Of a stretch of DNA of 64,000 nucleotides, positions 27,030-36,942 are shown one piece after another. The position numbers and the translations under genes are program-made. How positions within the stretch are numbered: the stretch's first letter is position 1; the number at the start of each line of letters is the position of its first letter. The stretch spans positions 136,220 to 200,219 of the forward strand of contig CALXOZ010000002.1 in assembly GCA_944390195.1 (NCBI GenBank). Reading direction: 5' to 3'. A model generated the notes under the pieces. It ran no database searches. It was not told the DNA's origin and was given only the letters and a program-made list of their open reading frames with translations. Source of the DNA: an uncultured Alphaproteobacteria bacterium (lineage in GTDB: Bacteria > Pseudomonadota > Alphaproteobacteria > CAAGCB01 > CAG-977).

Positions 27030-27944
27030 CTAAAAACACTTAATTTCTTCGACATAAGGTTCAATTTCTTTCAGCGTTGGCAAAGCTTCTTGCGCACCGA
27101 TTTTCAAGCAGGCCAATCCCGCTCCGGCAACAGCATATTTAACCGCTTGAACAATGTCCAGTTCGTTATCAAGCATAGCGGCGAAAATGCCGACAAAAGC
27201 ATCGCCAGCCCCTGTCGTATCAACAGCTGAAATCGACAAAGCGGAAAATTTCAAAGTTTTTGCGTTTTGCGCGACACACACACCTTTTGCCCCTTGTGTA
27301 ATCAAACAGACTCCCTTACTTTTTTCTGCAATGGCGGAAGCTTTTTCTTCAACGTTTTCAAATGTCCTGTCAAATAAAGAACGACACAAGGTATCCGCTT
27401 CGATTTCATTTAAGATCAGGTAATCGATCAACTTCAAATCTTCTTCACAAACCGGATGAGCCGGTGCCAAATTTAATATTGTCTTCATTCCTTTTTCTTT
27501 TGCACGACGAAGCAATTTGAAATTTTCATCGGCGGACAGTTCCATTTGCATGACCAGAATGGTGTCCGGATCTAAAACGGTTTCAATCACGGCATTGGCA
27601 GACACTGTCGTATTTGCCCCGCTGGCGACAACAATCGAGTTTTCGCCTTGATTGTTGACCATAATCATTGCCATTCCCGTTGGCAGTTCAGAAATTTGTA
27701 TACCTGTGCAATCTATTCCCAAAGACCTCAAAGCCGTAATAGGAACTTTTGCGACTTCATCGGCTCCGACGGCACCGATCATTTTAACCAATCCGCCGGC
27801 TTTTGCCGCCGCTGCCGCCTGATTCGCCCCTTTACCCCCTGCCTTAATAAGCGCCTTCGGCGTTAAAACCGTTTCTCCGGGTTTCGGAAATGATTGAATT
27901 GGCAGAAAAAAATCCGCATTTAAAGAGCCAAAAACCAAAATCAT
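27030..27944 (-). CDS. rbsK: ribokinase (PfkB family)
   Basis: ILVFGSLNADFF, AGGKGANQAAAAA and DTTGAGDAFVG are present. Confidence 0.8.
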   Translation of the reverse strand: MILVFGSLNADFFLPIQSFPKPGETVLTPKALIKAGGKGANQAAAAAKAGGLVKMIGAVGADEVAKVPITALRSLGIDCTGIQISELPTGMAMIMVNNQGENSIVVASGANTTVSANAVIETVLDPDTILVMQMELSADENFKLLRRAKEKGMKTILNLAPAHPVCEEDLKLIDYLILNEIEADTLCRSLFDRTFENVEEKASAIAEKSKGVCLITQGAKGVCVAQNAKTLKFSALSISAVDTTGAGDAFVGIFAAMLDNELDIVQAVKYAVAGAGLACLKIGAQEALPTLKEIEPYVEEIKCF

Positions 27945-28073
27945 AAAATAATTCCTTTCATGTAATTTTTGGAAAGAATATCAAACTCTTTCAATGACAA
28001 CAAGAAGGGATTTTATTTTGATTTTTAAATAAAAAGAGATACTATTTTTCAATTCTTGGAAAAAAGGGAAAAA

Positions 28074-28973
28074 ATGACACGACAAAACAGCTTTGAAGAT
28101 ACGTTCGATCACGATGAACACTTTGATTTTTCAGAACAGGATTTGGATACCGACAACGAAAATCCGGATACAAATACCGCCTTCGATCCGGAAAAGTATC
28201 GTATTCCTCGAAAAGGATGTTTAAGCAATTTTTTTAAAATAGCTTTATCTTTAGGGCTGATTACAGGAGTTTGCTTTTATATTTTTCACCCTGCACAAAT
28301 CAGAGATATAAAATCAAAAATAACCAAACTTAGATACTTTGAAAAAGATGATAAAGCTCCTTTGCTAACGATCGGTTCCCCTGATTTGATGACATCCGCT
28401 CAAAAGCTTTCAGAACAAAACCAGCCCTTGCCTTCTGTTATTTTACGCGGTTCAGGATCTTTGGCGGATTTCAATGTACTGGCTGAAAAAAAACTTACAT
28501 TAAATGCACACTTGCGCAAAGCGGAAAAAATCAATTTTTCCAATCTGGATCAATATCATGATATCGTAAAAGCGTTGATTTTCGATTGGACTCAAGAAAC
28601 AGACCCCAAAAAAATCGAACAAAAAACCGCCATGCCTTATCAAAAATTTTTTATGAAAACATCCGCCACCCTTTTTTCCCAAACCGTTTTAAAACAAGCC
28701 GGACTAACTTCTGTTGACAATTCACAACTAATCCTCCAACCTCCTGTCCAAATCATGGCGGTTCTTTACCCTCTTGTCCGACAGTCCATGGACAAAAAAG
28801 TCAACATACAAGAAAAACTCAAAATTTTAGAGCCCGTTTCTTCATTTTTGATTTATATTTGCCACGGCAATTCAGAATGCCTATCTTCATGGGATTTGTT
28901 CATTAATATGCTTGGCGCCGGAAATTACGCAAAAGTTTTAGCAACAAACCCTGAAGCCCTTTATAATCATTAG
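28074..28973 (+). CDS. single-pass membrane protein with an acidic N-terminus, unknown function
   Basis: MTRQNSFEDTFDHDEHFDFSEQDLDTDNENPD is followed by the TM segment FFKIALSLGLITGVCFYIF. ATG at 28074 has AAGGGA upstream. Confidence 0.5.
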   Translation: MTRQNSFEDTFDHDEHFDFSEQDLDTDNENPDTNTAFDPEKYRIPRKGCLSNFFKIALSLGLITGVCFYIFHPAQIRDIKSKITKLRYFEKDDKAPLLTIGSPDLMTSAQKLSEQNQPLPSVILRGSGSLADFNVLAEKKLTLNAHLRKAEKINFSNLDQYHDIVKALIFDWTQETDPKKIEQKTAMPYQKFFMKTSATLFSQTVLKQAGLTSVDNSQLILQPPVQIMAVLYPLVRQSMDKKVNIQEKLKILEPVSSFLIYICHGNSECLSSWDLFINMLGAGNYAKVLATNPEALYNH

Positions 28974-28979
28974 GATATC

Positions 28980-30833
28980 ATGATGGATTTCAAAGACCGT
29001 TTTTTTAAAACAAAGTTAAAATTAATCGACTTGAAATTAAAATTGAAAAGACTGGGACATTCTTTTTCCAGAATAAGGTCTTGGAATGCTGAAAAAATAC
29101 GGTTTCAAATCCGTAATGCCATTACAGGCTTCATTCCCTTTTTTATACAAACACCCTTGAATATTAAAGAATGGAAAATAAATACGCCTTCGGGAATACT
29201 CAGGATTCTATTTTTATTTTCTTTTTTGTGCCTTACCTTCGGGATTGCAAGTTCTTTTTATTCTTTTACGGCGAATGACGCTTTCAATTCATTCCGCTAT
29301 GTTTCTAACGCAATTAAAGGATGGGGATATACGTTCAATCCGCCTCCTTTTGAACCCGTAAGCGGGTTTACAAGCTTTTTATGGTTGCTTGTTTTGCATG
29401 CTTTATGGAAAATCGACTTGTTGCCTCCGCAAAGCGCCAATATCGCGACTTATTTTTTTTCCATGGCTCAAATAGGATTATGTTTTTTGTTCATTCGTCG
29501 AATGAACATCCCTCAAAAAATACGCAACAAAAGCCTTCTTTTGTTTCTCGCAGTATGTATCATTCTTCTGACAAACAGAACTTTTCTGACCTTTATGACA
29601 TCGGGAACGGAAGCCGCTTTATTTAACTTTTTGGTTCTTTGGTGGACTTTTGAAGCAACAGCAGACAAAAAAAGAAACCCCGTTTATTTATCCGTTTGCG
29701 CCGTTCTGATTGCTTTGTGCCGTATTGAAGGAATCATCTTTATTCCCGCGACAATCCTTTTCTTGCTTTATTTCATTTTAACTGGACATTCCAAGCCAAA
29801 AAGTTTGATTGCCTTTTTCTTATTGGGGGCGCCATGGTTTTATTACGACTGGTTGAATGAAACCTACGGCAGTTTCATTCCTTTGTCTTTCAGTGCGTAT
29901 TACGTCGACCTTTTTCCGGCATCTGGAAAAGATTACATTCTGTCTTTCGTATTGGAATACGCCCTTTATTTTTGGCTTCTTGTTTTTGCCTTTTGGTTTT
30001 GCTTCAAGTTCATTTTCAAACGCGAAAACGGCTTTTGCCTTGTCGTTTTATTATTATTAACGTTTAGCTTTTATACTGCCTATTATATCGTTATCATGGG
30101 CGGAGACATCTTGGAATACCGTCCTTTAAGCTTTTTCATTCCTTTATTAGCTTTGGCTGGCGTCAAAATGATTGCGGACATGTTTTCCGCGAATATATAT
30201 TTCTTTTTATTTCCAGTACTTGCCTATGTTTTAACAGCTACAGCAATTCCATTTGCCCACAGGTCTTTAACAAAAGAACTGGAGACTAGACAAGAAACCA
30301 CTTTTCTTTACCGCCCCGTATCCCAAGAAGCCGGTATGTTCGCTTTTTTCAGTGAACATTTCGACAAAGCGCAAAAAAGACTGATTTATCAGGGGATCGG
30401 TTTACGTCATCAAGAACACAAGGTATTGACAGAAGAATTATTAAGAACATTTCCCACCCGTGAACAGGGGTCTCAATTAAAAAAGTCCGATAATCATGTG
30501 TTCGCTTGGTATTTCACAGGAGTTCCCGCTTGGACGTTACCGGAAACAATTATTATTGATTTATCGGGGCAACATAATAAAATCATAGCCGGATCCGACT
30601 TTAAATACACAGATCGACGATTATTCGGTCATGAGCATATTATTCCGAATGGTTATATCCAGTGTTTTGAAGGAGGAAACAGTATCAGTATCGAACCTTT
30701 TTCAAGAAGAAAAAATTTAAAAATAAAACGTTCTTTTCCGATCAGTGACGGAAAAGTCAAAGGATGTGAAAATTTTTGGCAATCACAAATAAACAGCAGG
30801 AAAGCCCGTTCGATACATATAAAAACACGTTAA
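28980..30833 (+). CDS. polytopic membrane protein, GT-C-like glycosyltransferase (arabinofuranosyl/mannosyltransferase-like)
   Basis: 617 aa with more than 10 predicted TM segments. The first loop, NDAFNSFRYVSNAIKGWGYTFNPPPFEPVSGFTSFLWLLVL, resembles the DDAxIxFRYA.N...G.G.V.N.GE.VEG.TS.LW motif of uncharacterised GT-C membrane transferases. That match is from memory only. Confidence 0.5.
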   Translation: MMDFKDRFFKTKLKLIDLKLKLKRLGHSFSRIRSWNAEKIRFQIRNAITGFIPFFIQTPLNIKEWKINTPSGILRILFLFSFLCLTFGIASSFYSFTANDAFNSFRYVSNAIKGWGYTFNPPPFEPVSGFTSFLWLLVLHALWKIDLLPPQSANIATYFFSMAQIGLCFLFIRRMNIPQKIRNKSLLLFLAVCIILLTNRTFLTFMTSGTEAALFNFLVLWWTFEATADKKRNPVYLSVCAVLIALCRIEGIIFIPATILFLLYFILTGHSKPKSLIAFFLLGAPWFYYDWLNETYGSFIPLSFSAYYVDLFPASGKDYILSFVLEYALYFWLLVFAFWFCFKFIFKRENGFCLVVLLLLTFSFYTAYYIVIMGGDILEYRPLSFFIPLLALAGVKMIADMFSANIYFFLFPVLAYVLTATAIPFAHRSLTKELETRQETTFLYRPVSQEAGMFAFFSEHFDKAQKRLIYQGIGLRHQEHKVLTEELLRTFPTREQGSQLKKSDNHVFAWYFTGVPAWTLPETIIIDLSGQHNKIIAGSDFKYTDRRLFGHEHIIPNGYIQCFEGGNSISIEPFSRRKNLKIKRSFPISDGKVKGCENFWQSQINSRKARSIHIKTR

Positions 30834-30990
30834 ATCGGGCTTCACGGCTCTAGGAACTAACAGCAGGAAAGCCCGTTCGATACATATAAAAACACGTTAA
30901 ATCGGGCTTCACGGCTCTAGGAAAAATTATCTTATCTAACAGCAGGAAAGCCCGTTCGTTATATATGAAAACGTCTTAAGTTTGGCTTCA
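30792..30990 (+). repeat. three tandem copies of a ~65 nt unit; copy 1 includes the last 14 codons and stop of the GT-C-like gene
   Basis: Copies start at 30792, 30859 and 30938. Copies 1 and 2 are identical over 65 nt (aacagcaggaaagcccgttcgatacatataaaaacacgttaaatcgggcttcacggctctaggaa). Copy 3 is diverged and follows an extra spacer (aaattatcttatct) not present between copies 1 and 2. Each unit carries the inverted repeat aagcccg/cgggctt. Confidence 0.85.
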
Positions 30991-32367
30991 AGAATTTTGA
31001 AAAGCCGGAGAAATATTTTTTTCATTTCCTTTTTTCAAAATTTCAGCAACCAAAAAAGCCAATTCCAAAGACTGATTGGCGTTCAAGCGCGGATCGCATA
31101 AAGTGCTGTAATGTTCGGTCAGGTTTTCTTCCGTAATTTTTTGAGACCCTCCGACACATTCAGTAACATCTTGTCCGGTCATTTCAAAATGCAACCCTCC
31201 GGCATAAGTCCCTTCGCTACGGTGTACTGCGAAAAATCGCTTGACTTCTTCCAAAATGGCTTGGAAATCCCTTGTTTTATAACCGTTTGAAGCGACTTGG
31301 GTGTTAGCGTGCATCGGATCGCACGACCATACGACACGGTAACCTTCTTTTTCGACAGCGCGTATCAACGGCGGCAGATTTTTTTCAATGCAATTGACTC
31401 CCATACGAATAATAAAAGTCAAACGTCCCGCTTCATTCAACGGATTCAAGATATCGCACAACCTTAACAAGTCGTCGGTTTGCACTTTAGGTCCGACTTT
31501 AACGCCAATCGGGTTGCAGATACCGCGGGCAAATTCGACGTGAGCCCCTTTTGGATCCCTTGTCCGTTCTCCGATCCAAAGCATATGGGCGGAACAATCG
31601 TACCAGTCGCCGGAAGAAGTATCGACACGCGTCATTGCTTCTTCAAACGGTAACAGCAAAGCTTCATGGGAAGTATAAAAAGGCGTTTCCCTGACTAACG
31701 GGACGGAATCTGCGGAAATACCGCATGCCGCCATGAAATCCAGCGTTTCACTGATCCTGTCGGCAAAGCGGCGATATTGTTCGCCTTGTAAAGAATTGGC
31801 GACAAAGCCGAGATTCCATTCTTGGACTTTATTCAGATCGGCGAAACCGCCTTGAGAAAAAGCGCGCAAAAGGTTTAAAGTTGCCGAAGCATGATGATAA
31901 GCCTGCAACATTCTTTCGGGCTGGGCGGCACGCGATTGAGGCGTGAACTCTATACCGTTAATGTTATCTCCTTTATAAGAAGGCAATGTTATCCCGTTAA
32001 TCGTTTCATACGCAGAAGAACGGGGCTTTGCGAATTGTCCCGCCATTCTTCCCACTTTAACGACCGGTCTAGAGGCTCCGAACATCAAAACAACAGCCAT
32101 TTGCAACAAAATGCGGAACATATCCCTGATATTGCCGGCTCCGAAATCGGCAAAACTTTCGGCGCAATCACCACCTTGCAGTAAAAAAGCCTTTCCGTTG
32201 CAAACATCTCCCAATGATTTTTTCAAACGAAACGCCTCTTCGGCAAAGACCAAAGGAGGATATTTGCGTAACTTACATTCAACAGATTTCAAATGTTGCT
32301 CATCGGCATATTCCGGCAAATGAGCAGCTGGCTTTGAACGCCAAGAATCCGGCAACCATTCTTCCAT
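30988..32367 (-). CDS. 3-deoxy-7-phosphoheptulonate (DAHP) synthase, class II
   Basis: 459 aa with [25 protein letters not shown] and MHANT, the plant-like class II signatures. Confidence 0.9.
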   Translation of the reverse strand: MEEWLPDSWRSKPAAHLPEYADEQHLKSVECKLRKYPPLVFAEEAFRLKKSLGDVCNGKAFLLQGGDCAESFADFGAGNIRDMFRILLQMAVVLMFGASRPVVKVGRMAGQFAKPRSSAYETINGITLPSYKGDNINGIEFTPQSRAAQPERMLQAYHHASATLNLLRAFSQGGFADLNKVQEWNLGFVANSLQGEQYRRFADRISETLDFMAACGISADSVPLVRETPFYTSHEALLLPFEEAMTRVDTSSGDWYDCSAHMLWIGERTRDPKGAHVEFARGICNPIGVKVGPKVQTDDLLRLCDILNPLNEAGRLTFIIRMGVNCIEKNLPPLIRAVEKEGYRVVWSCDPMHANTQVASNGYKTRDFQAILEEVKRFFAVHRSEGTYAGGLHFEMTGQDVTECVGGSQKITEENLTEHYSTLCDPRLNANQSLELAFLVAEILKKGNEKNISPAFQNS

Positions 32368-32403
32368 CGTATCAACCTTAAAAAATTTGCTTTTTTATAT
32401 GCT

Positions 32404-32994
32404 TTATTTTTCACTTTTTCCAGTTAAATTATCGTTTTCTGAAGAATCATTTTTTTGTTCTGTTCCCATTTTTTTCTCACGGGCGATTGCCTCTCTTTTT
32501 GCGGCCTGCTCTTTTTCAAATTCAATTCTTTCCTTCCGCATTTGCAACATATAGCGTTCCAGCTCCTCTTTTGAAGGCGTTTGCGTCTGCAATCTGCCTT
32601 CTTCCTCTTTTTGGAACTCTTTAAATCTTTGCTCAATAAATTCATCGGAAATCATTTTTTCAAACAATTCTTTTTCCGCTTTTTCATCTGCAACGGGAAG
32701 TCCGGGCAAATCGGGAAAACTTTTTCCGTTCAATTTATCCCATATGACTTTCACATCACACCATGCCGTTTGATAAGAACATTTCGTTACATGGATCAGA
32801 TCCGGATTTTTTTCAGAACACTGCATGAAGAATTTCGTACACGAATAAAACGAAGCGTCTTTGGAAAAGGCGACTGAAAATAAAATATAGGCGAAAAAAG
32901 CCACGACTATTCCGGCGGGGAACCACAACAAAAGGATCGACCGAAGATTGCGTTTAAACCGTCTGAACAAACGTGCGCTTTTTTCTTTTAACAT
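32404..32994 (-). CDS. membrane-anchored hypothetical protein with a Glu/Lys-rich coiled-coil tail
   Basis: 196 aa with the TM segment LLLWFPAGIVVAFFAYILF. Sits directly after glmS. No family recognised. Confidence 0.45.
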   Translation of the reverse strand: MLKEKSARLFRRFKRNLRSILLLWFPAGIVVAFFAYILFSVAFSKDASFYSCTKFFMQCSEKNPDLIHVTKCSYQTAWCDVKVIWDKLNGKSFPDLPGLPVADEKAEKELFEKMISDEFIEQRFKEFQKEEEGRLQTQTPSKEELERYMLQMRKERIEFEKEQAAKREAIAREKKMGTEQKNDSSENDNLTGKSEK

Positions 32995-32995
32995 T

Positions 32996-34822
32996 TTATT
33001 CCACCGTTACACTTTTTGCCAAATTACGAGGCTGATCGACATCGGTTCCCTTTGCTACGGCGGTATGGTACGCCAAAAGTTGCACGGGAATCGCGTAAAG
33101 AATCGGAGCGACAAAAGGATCCACCTCTGGTAAACCGATTGAATAACAACACCGGTCTTTTACGGAACGTATTCCCGTTTGATCGCCGAAAAAGACGACT
33201 TTTCCGCCGCGAGCCAGCACTTCTTGCATATTGGAAACGGTTTTATCAAACAGTTCGTCTCCGGGGGCGACCACGACAACAGGCACATTTTCATCAATCA
33301 AAGCGATCGGTCCGTGTTTCATTTCCCCTGCCGCATACCCTTCCGCATGGATATAAGAAATCTCTTTAAGCTTCAGAGCCCCTTCCAAAGCAATCGGGTA
33401 ACTGCTACCGCGTCCAAGATACAGCACGTCTTTGGCGTCTACGAATAAATTCTGCGCAATTTGAGCAATTTTCTTATCATTGTTCAAAACATCGGCGACA
33501 CGGGAAGGAACTTCGACTAAAGCATGGGACAAACGGGCTTCCTGTTCTTTTGATAAAGCCCCTTTAGCACGTCCCAAGGCAATGGCGAAACAGGCTAGCA
33601 ACGTCAATTGTGTTGTAAACGCTTTTGTCGAGGCGACACCGATTTCAGGACCGGCCAACGTGCGCAGAACACAATCGGATTCCCGAGCCATTGTACTTTC
33701 AGCGACATTAACGATAGAAACGATTTTTTGATCTTGCCCTTTACAATAACGCAAAGCGGCCAAAGTATCCGCCGTTTCTCCGGATTGTGAAATAAACAGG
33801 GAAACGCCACCTTTTTCCATAACTGGGTAGCGGTATCTGAACTCCGAAGCGACATCAATGTCAACCGGAACGCGGGCAACCGATTCGATCCAATATTTTC
33901 CGACAAGACCGGCGTAATAAGATGTGCCACAAGCCACAATCGTCAAACGTGTTACACTGGCAAGATCAAACGTAATGTCGGGTAACGTAATGGTATCCAT
34001 GTCTTGATTGATCATCGTGTTTAACGTATCGCCGATCACTTGTGGCTGTTCATAAATTTCTTTAAGCATAAAATGACGATATCCGCCTTTGCCGATCATT
34101 GCGCCCGAAGTGGCACTCAAGACGACCTTGCGTTCAACAGGTTTGTCGTTTTGATCGAAAACAGAGGCTTTATCATGCGTCAGAATAACATAATCACCTT
34201 CCTCCAAGTACATGATCTTTCGGGTAAGCGGTGCCAATGCCAAAGCATCCGACCCTAAAAACATCTCCTGGTCTCCGAACCCGACCGCTAACGGAGAACC
34301 TTTGCGCGCACCAATGATGATATCCTCACGCCCCGAAAAGATGATCGCCAACGCAAAAGCTCCTTTCAAGCGTTTCAAAGATTCGGAAACGGCGGTTTTA
34401 GGATCCAAGCCCTCTTCTATTTTTTCGGAAATAAGATGAACAACGACTTCAGTATCCGTTTCGCTTTCAAAAACATGACCTTGTGCCGTCAGTTCAGCAC
34501 GCAATTCGCGATAATTTTCAATAATGCCGTTATGAACGACAGCGACATATTTCGTCGCATGAGGATGAGCATTGACTTCGTTAGGAACACCATGCGTCGC
34601 CCAACGCGTATGACCGATCCCGACTGTGCCGGGCAAAGGGGATTCTTTGATTTTTGTTTCCAAATTGATAATTTTCCCTTTGGCTCTGCGCCGTTCAATG
34701 CGCCCGTCCACCAATGTCGCCACACCGGCGGAATCATAGCCGCGATACTCCAATCGCTTCAATCCGTCGATTAAAAGAGGAGTTACTTCTCTGTTGGAGA
34801 TAATACCGACAATACCGCACAT
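32996..34822 (-). CDS. glmS: glutamine--fructose-6-phosphate aminotransferase
   Basis: MCGIVGI N-terminal nucleophile, two SIS domains, and the C-terminal AKSVTVE. Confidence 0.95.
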   Translation of the reverse strand: MCGIVGIISNREVTPLLIDGLKRLEYRGYDSAGVATLVDGRIERRRAKGKIINLETKIKESPLPGTVGIGHTRWATHGVPNEVNAHPHATKYVAVVHNGIIENYRELRAELTAQGHVFESETDTEVVVHLISEKIEEGLDPKTAVSESLKRLKGAFALAIIFSGREDIIIGARKGSPLAVGFGDQEMFLGSDALALAPLTRKIMYLEEGDYVILTHDKASVFDQNDKPVERKVVLSATSGAMIGKGGYRHFMLKEIYEQPQVIGDTLNTMINQDMDTITLPDITFDLASVTRLTIVACGTSYYAGLVGKYWIESVARVPVDIDVASEFRYRYPVMEKGGVSLFISQSGETADTLAALRYCKGQDQKIVSIVNVAESTMARESDCVLRTLAGPEIGVASTKAFTTQLTLLACFAIALGRAKGALSKEQEARLSHALVEVPSRVADVLNNDKKIAQIAQNLFVDAKDVLYLGRGSSYPIALEGALKLKEISYIHAEGYAAGEMKHGPIALIDENVPVVVVAPGDELFDKTVSNMQEVLARGGKVVFFGDQTGIRSVKDRCCYSIGLPEVDPFVAPILYAIPVQLLAYHTAVAKGTDVDQPRNLAKSVTVE

Positions 34823-34828
34823 AATAAT

Positions 34829-36181
34829 TCAACCCTTATTTTGAAGATTTTCTTTTAATATTTTCTTTTGTTCTCTAAACTTTTCAGCCCGTTGTTCCAA
34901 AATCATCTGTTTCGGACGGGCAACCGACAACGCATTGGCGGGAACATTTTTTGTAATGACAGAACCTGCCGCCGTCATAGCACCGTCTTCTATCGTACAT
35001 GGCGCAACGATCACCGTATCCGATCCGATAAAAGCACCGGCTCCGATATCCGTCTTCGATTTAAAAAAGCCGTCATAGTTACAAGTGATCGTTCCCGCCC
35101 CTATATTTGTTTTTTCACCAATTCTGGCATCACCGATATAAGATAAATGGTTTACTTTCGCTCCGTTTTCAATCGTCGAATTTTTAATTTCTACAAAATC
35201 GCCTATATGACATTGAGCACCGATCTTCGCTCCCGGACGCAAACGTGCAAAAGGTCCAACCTTCGCCCCTGCGTGGATATAAGCGCCTTCAAAATGGCAA
35301 AAAGCTTTGATTTCAACATGATCTTCAACATAACACCCCAGTTCAAATACAACTGAAGGCTCGATCGTTATGTCTTTTCCCAACACAGTATCATAAGAAA
35401 AATAAACCGTATCGGGATCTGTCATCGTTACGCCCTGATCTAAAAACTTTTGTCTCAACTGTTTTTGAACGATTTTTTCTATCGCCGCCAGATCGGAACG
35501 CGAATTGGCACCGGATAATTCTTCCTGCGTTCCCGTTACGACTTGAACGGAACATCCTTCTTTTCGCGCAAAAGCGACGATATCCGTCAAATAATATTCT
35601 CCTGCCGCATTGTCATTGCTTAATTGATCCAACCATCCCATAAGCTTTTCAGCATCAATACACATAACTCCCGAATTGCATAAACGGACGGCTTTTTGCT
35701 GCTCTGTCGCATCTTTAAACTCGACAATTTCTTGCAAACCGTTTTCATCAACGATCAAACGCCCGTAACGTCCGGGATCGTCAGGTTCGAACCCCAAGAC
35801 AACGACACTGTTTCCACTTTCGCGCAGCCGGATCATTTCTTCCAAAGTTTCCCGCCTGATCAAAGGGGTGTCCCCATATAAAACAAGAACGCTTCCCGTT
35901 TGTCCTGTCAATTCATGACGCGCCGCCTTTACGGCGTCACCTGTACCTTGTTGTTTTTTTTGGACAACAACATGATGAGGAGCGACGGCATCTGCGACCT
36001 GTTCCATACCGGGACCGATCACGACAACCGCCTTTTGCACATTCAAAACGTCAACTGTCGACAATAAATGACAAACCATTGGACGCCCCGCTATTTTATG
36101 CAAAACTTTGGGCAAAGAGGATTTCATTCTTGTTCCCTGCCCTGCTGCCAAGATTACGGCAAAAACTTTGTTTTCAGACAT
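34829..36181 (-). CDS. glmU: bifunctional UDP-GlcNAc pyrophosphorylase / GlcN-1-P acetyltransferase
   Basis: ILAAGQGTRMKS and LPKVLH motifs, with C-terminal hexapeptide repeats. Confidence 0.93.
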   Translation of the reverse strand: MSENKVFAVILAAGQGTRMKSSLPKVLHKIAGRPMVCHLLSTVDVLNVQKAVVVIGPGMEQVADAVAPHHVVVQKKQQGTGDAVKAARHELTGQTGSVLVLYGDTPLIRRETLEEMIRLRESGNSVVVLGFEPDDPGRYGRLIVDENGLQEIVEFKDATEQQKAVRLCNSGVMCIDAEKLMGWLDQLSNDNAAGEYYLTDIVAFARKEGCSVQVVTGTQEELSGANSRSDLAAIEKIVQKQLRQKFLDQGVTMTDPDTVYFSYDTVLGKDITIEPSVVFELGCYVEDHVEIKAFCHFEGAYIHAGAKVGPFARLRPGAKIGAQCHIGDFVEIKNSTIENGAKVNHLSYIGDARIGEKTNIGAGTITCNYDGFFKSKTDIGAGAFIGSDTVIVAPCTIEDGAMTAAGSVITKNVPANALSVARPKQMILEQRAEKFREQKKILKENLQNKG

Positions 36182-36279
36182 ATATAAATCCTTTTCTTTG
36201 TAATTTTAAAAGCAATTTGGCATACTTAAAACAAAAGTTAAAATAAATTATGACAACAGTTTGTTACGGAAGTTTAAAA

Positions 36280-36942
36280 ATGGGAAAAAAATATGTAATT
36301 TTTGATCTGGACGGTACATTAATCGACAGTATTCCTGATATGTGTCAGGAAATCAGCCTGTTTTTAAAAGACCATGGCAGACGCGAATTGTCGACTCAAG
36401 AAGCAAAGTCCATTATAGGAAACGGCGCCATGATGATGTTGAAAGGGGCTTTTGCTTTAACAGGGGAATCCTTAAACGAATCTGAACTTGACGAATTGTT
36501 CAAATGCTGGCTTTCCAGATATTCTCATGCGCAAATGGCTTTGACGAAACCCTATCCTCACGTTGTCGACACCTTGAAAAAATTAAAGCAAAACGGATAT
36601 AAACTGAGCATTTGTACAAACAAGCCGGCGGAACCGACAAAAGCCATTCTGACAAAATTGGACTTGGCAAAATATTTTGATGTCATTTTAGATGCAGATG
36701 CCTTGCCCGTCAGAAAACCGGATCCCGCCCCTTTATGGGAAGCTGTAAAAAGAATGGGTGGAACAAATGAAGACGCCGTCATGGTCGGTGATGGGGAAAC
36801 AGACGCTCAAGCGGCAAAAGCCGCCGGCTTTCCTGTCATTTTGTTAACTTACGGATATGCTCATCTGCCTTTTGAAGAAATTCAACCCGACTTTTTAATC
36901 GACGACTTTGCAGATCTGCCCTCGGTTTTAGATAAAATCTAA
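36280..36942 (+). CDS. gph: HAD-superfamily phosphatase (phosphoglycolate phosphatase-like)
   Basis: YVIFDLDGTLIDS, CTNKP and VGDGETD motifs. ATG at 36280 is preferred over the track start. Confidence 0.7.
   Translation: MGKKYVIFDLDGTLIDSIPDMCQEISLFLKDHGRRELSTQEAKSIIGNGAMMMLKGAFALTGESLNESELDELFKCWLSRYSHAQMALTKPYPHVVDTLKKLKQNGYKLSICTNKPAEPTKAILTKLDLAKYFDVILDADALPVRKPDPAPLWEAVKRMGGTNEDAVMVGDGETDAQAAKAAGFPVILLTYGYAHLPFEEIQPDFLIDDFADLPSVLDKI

Noticed and set aside
30792-30990. Possible CRISPR array
   Set aside because: Units are directly adjacent with no unique spacers of comparable length. There are only three copies, one is coding, and no cas genes are nearby. It is a tandem duplication.
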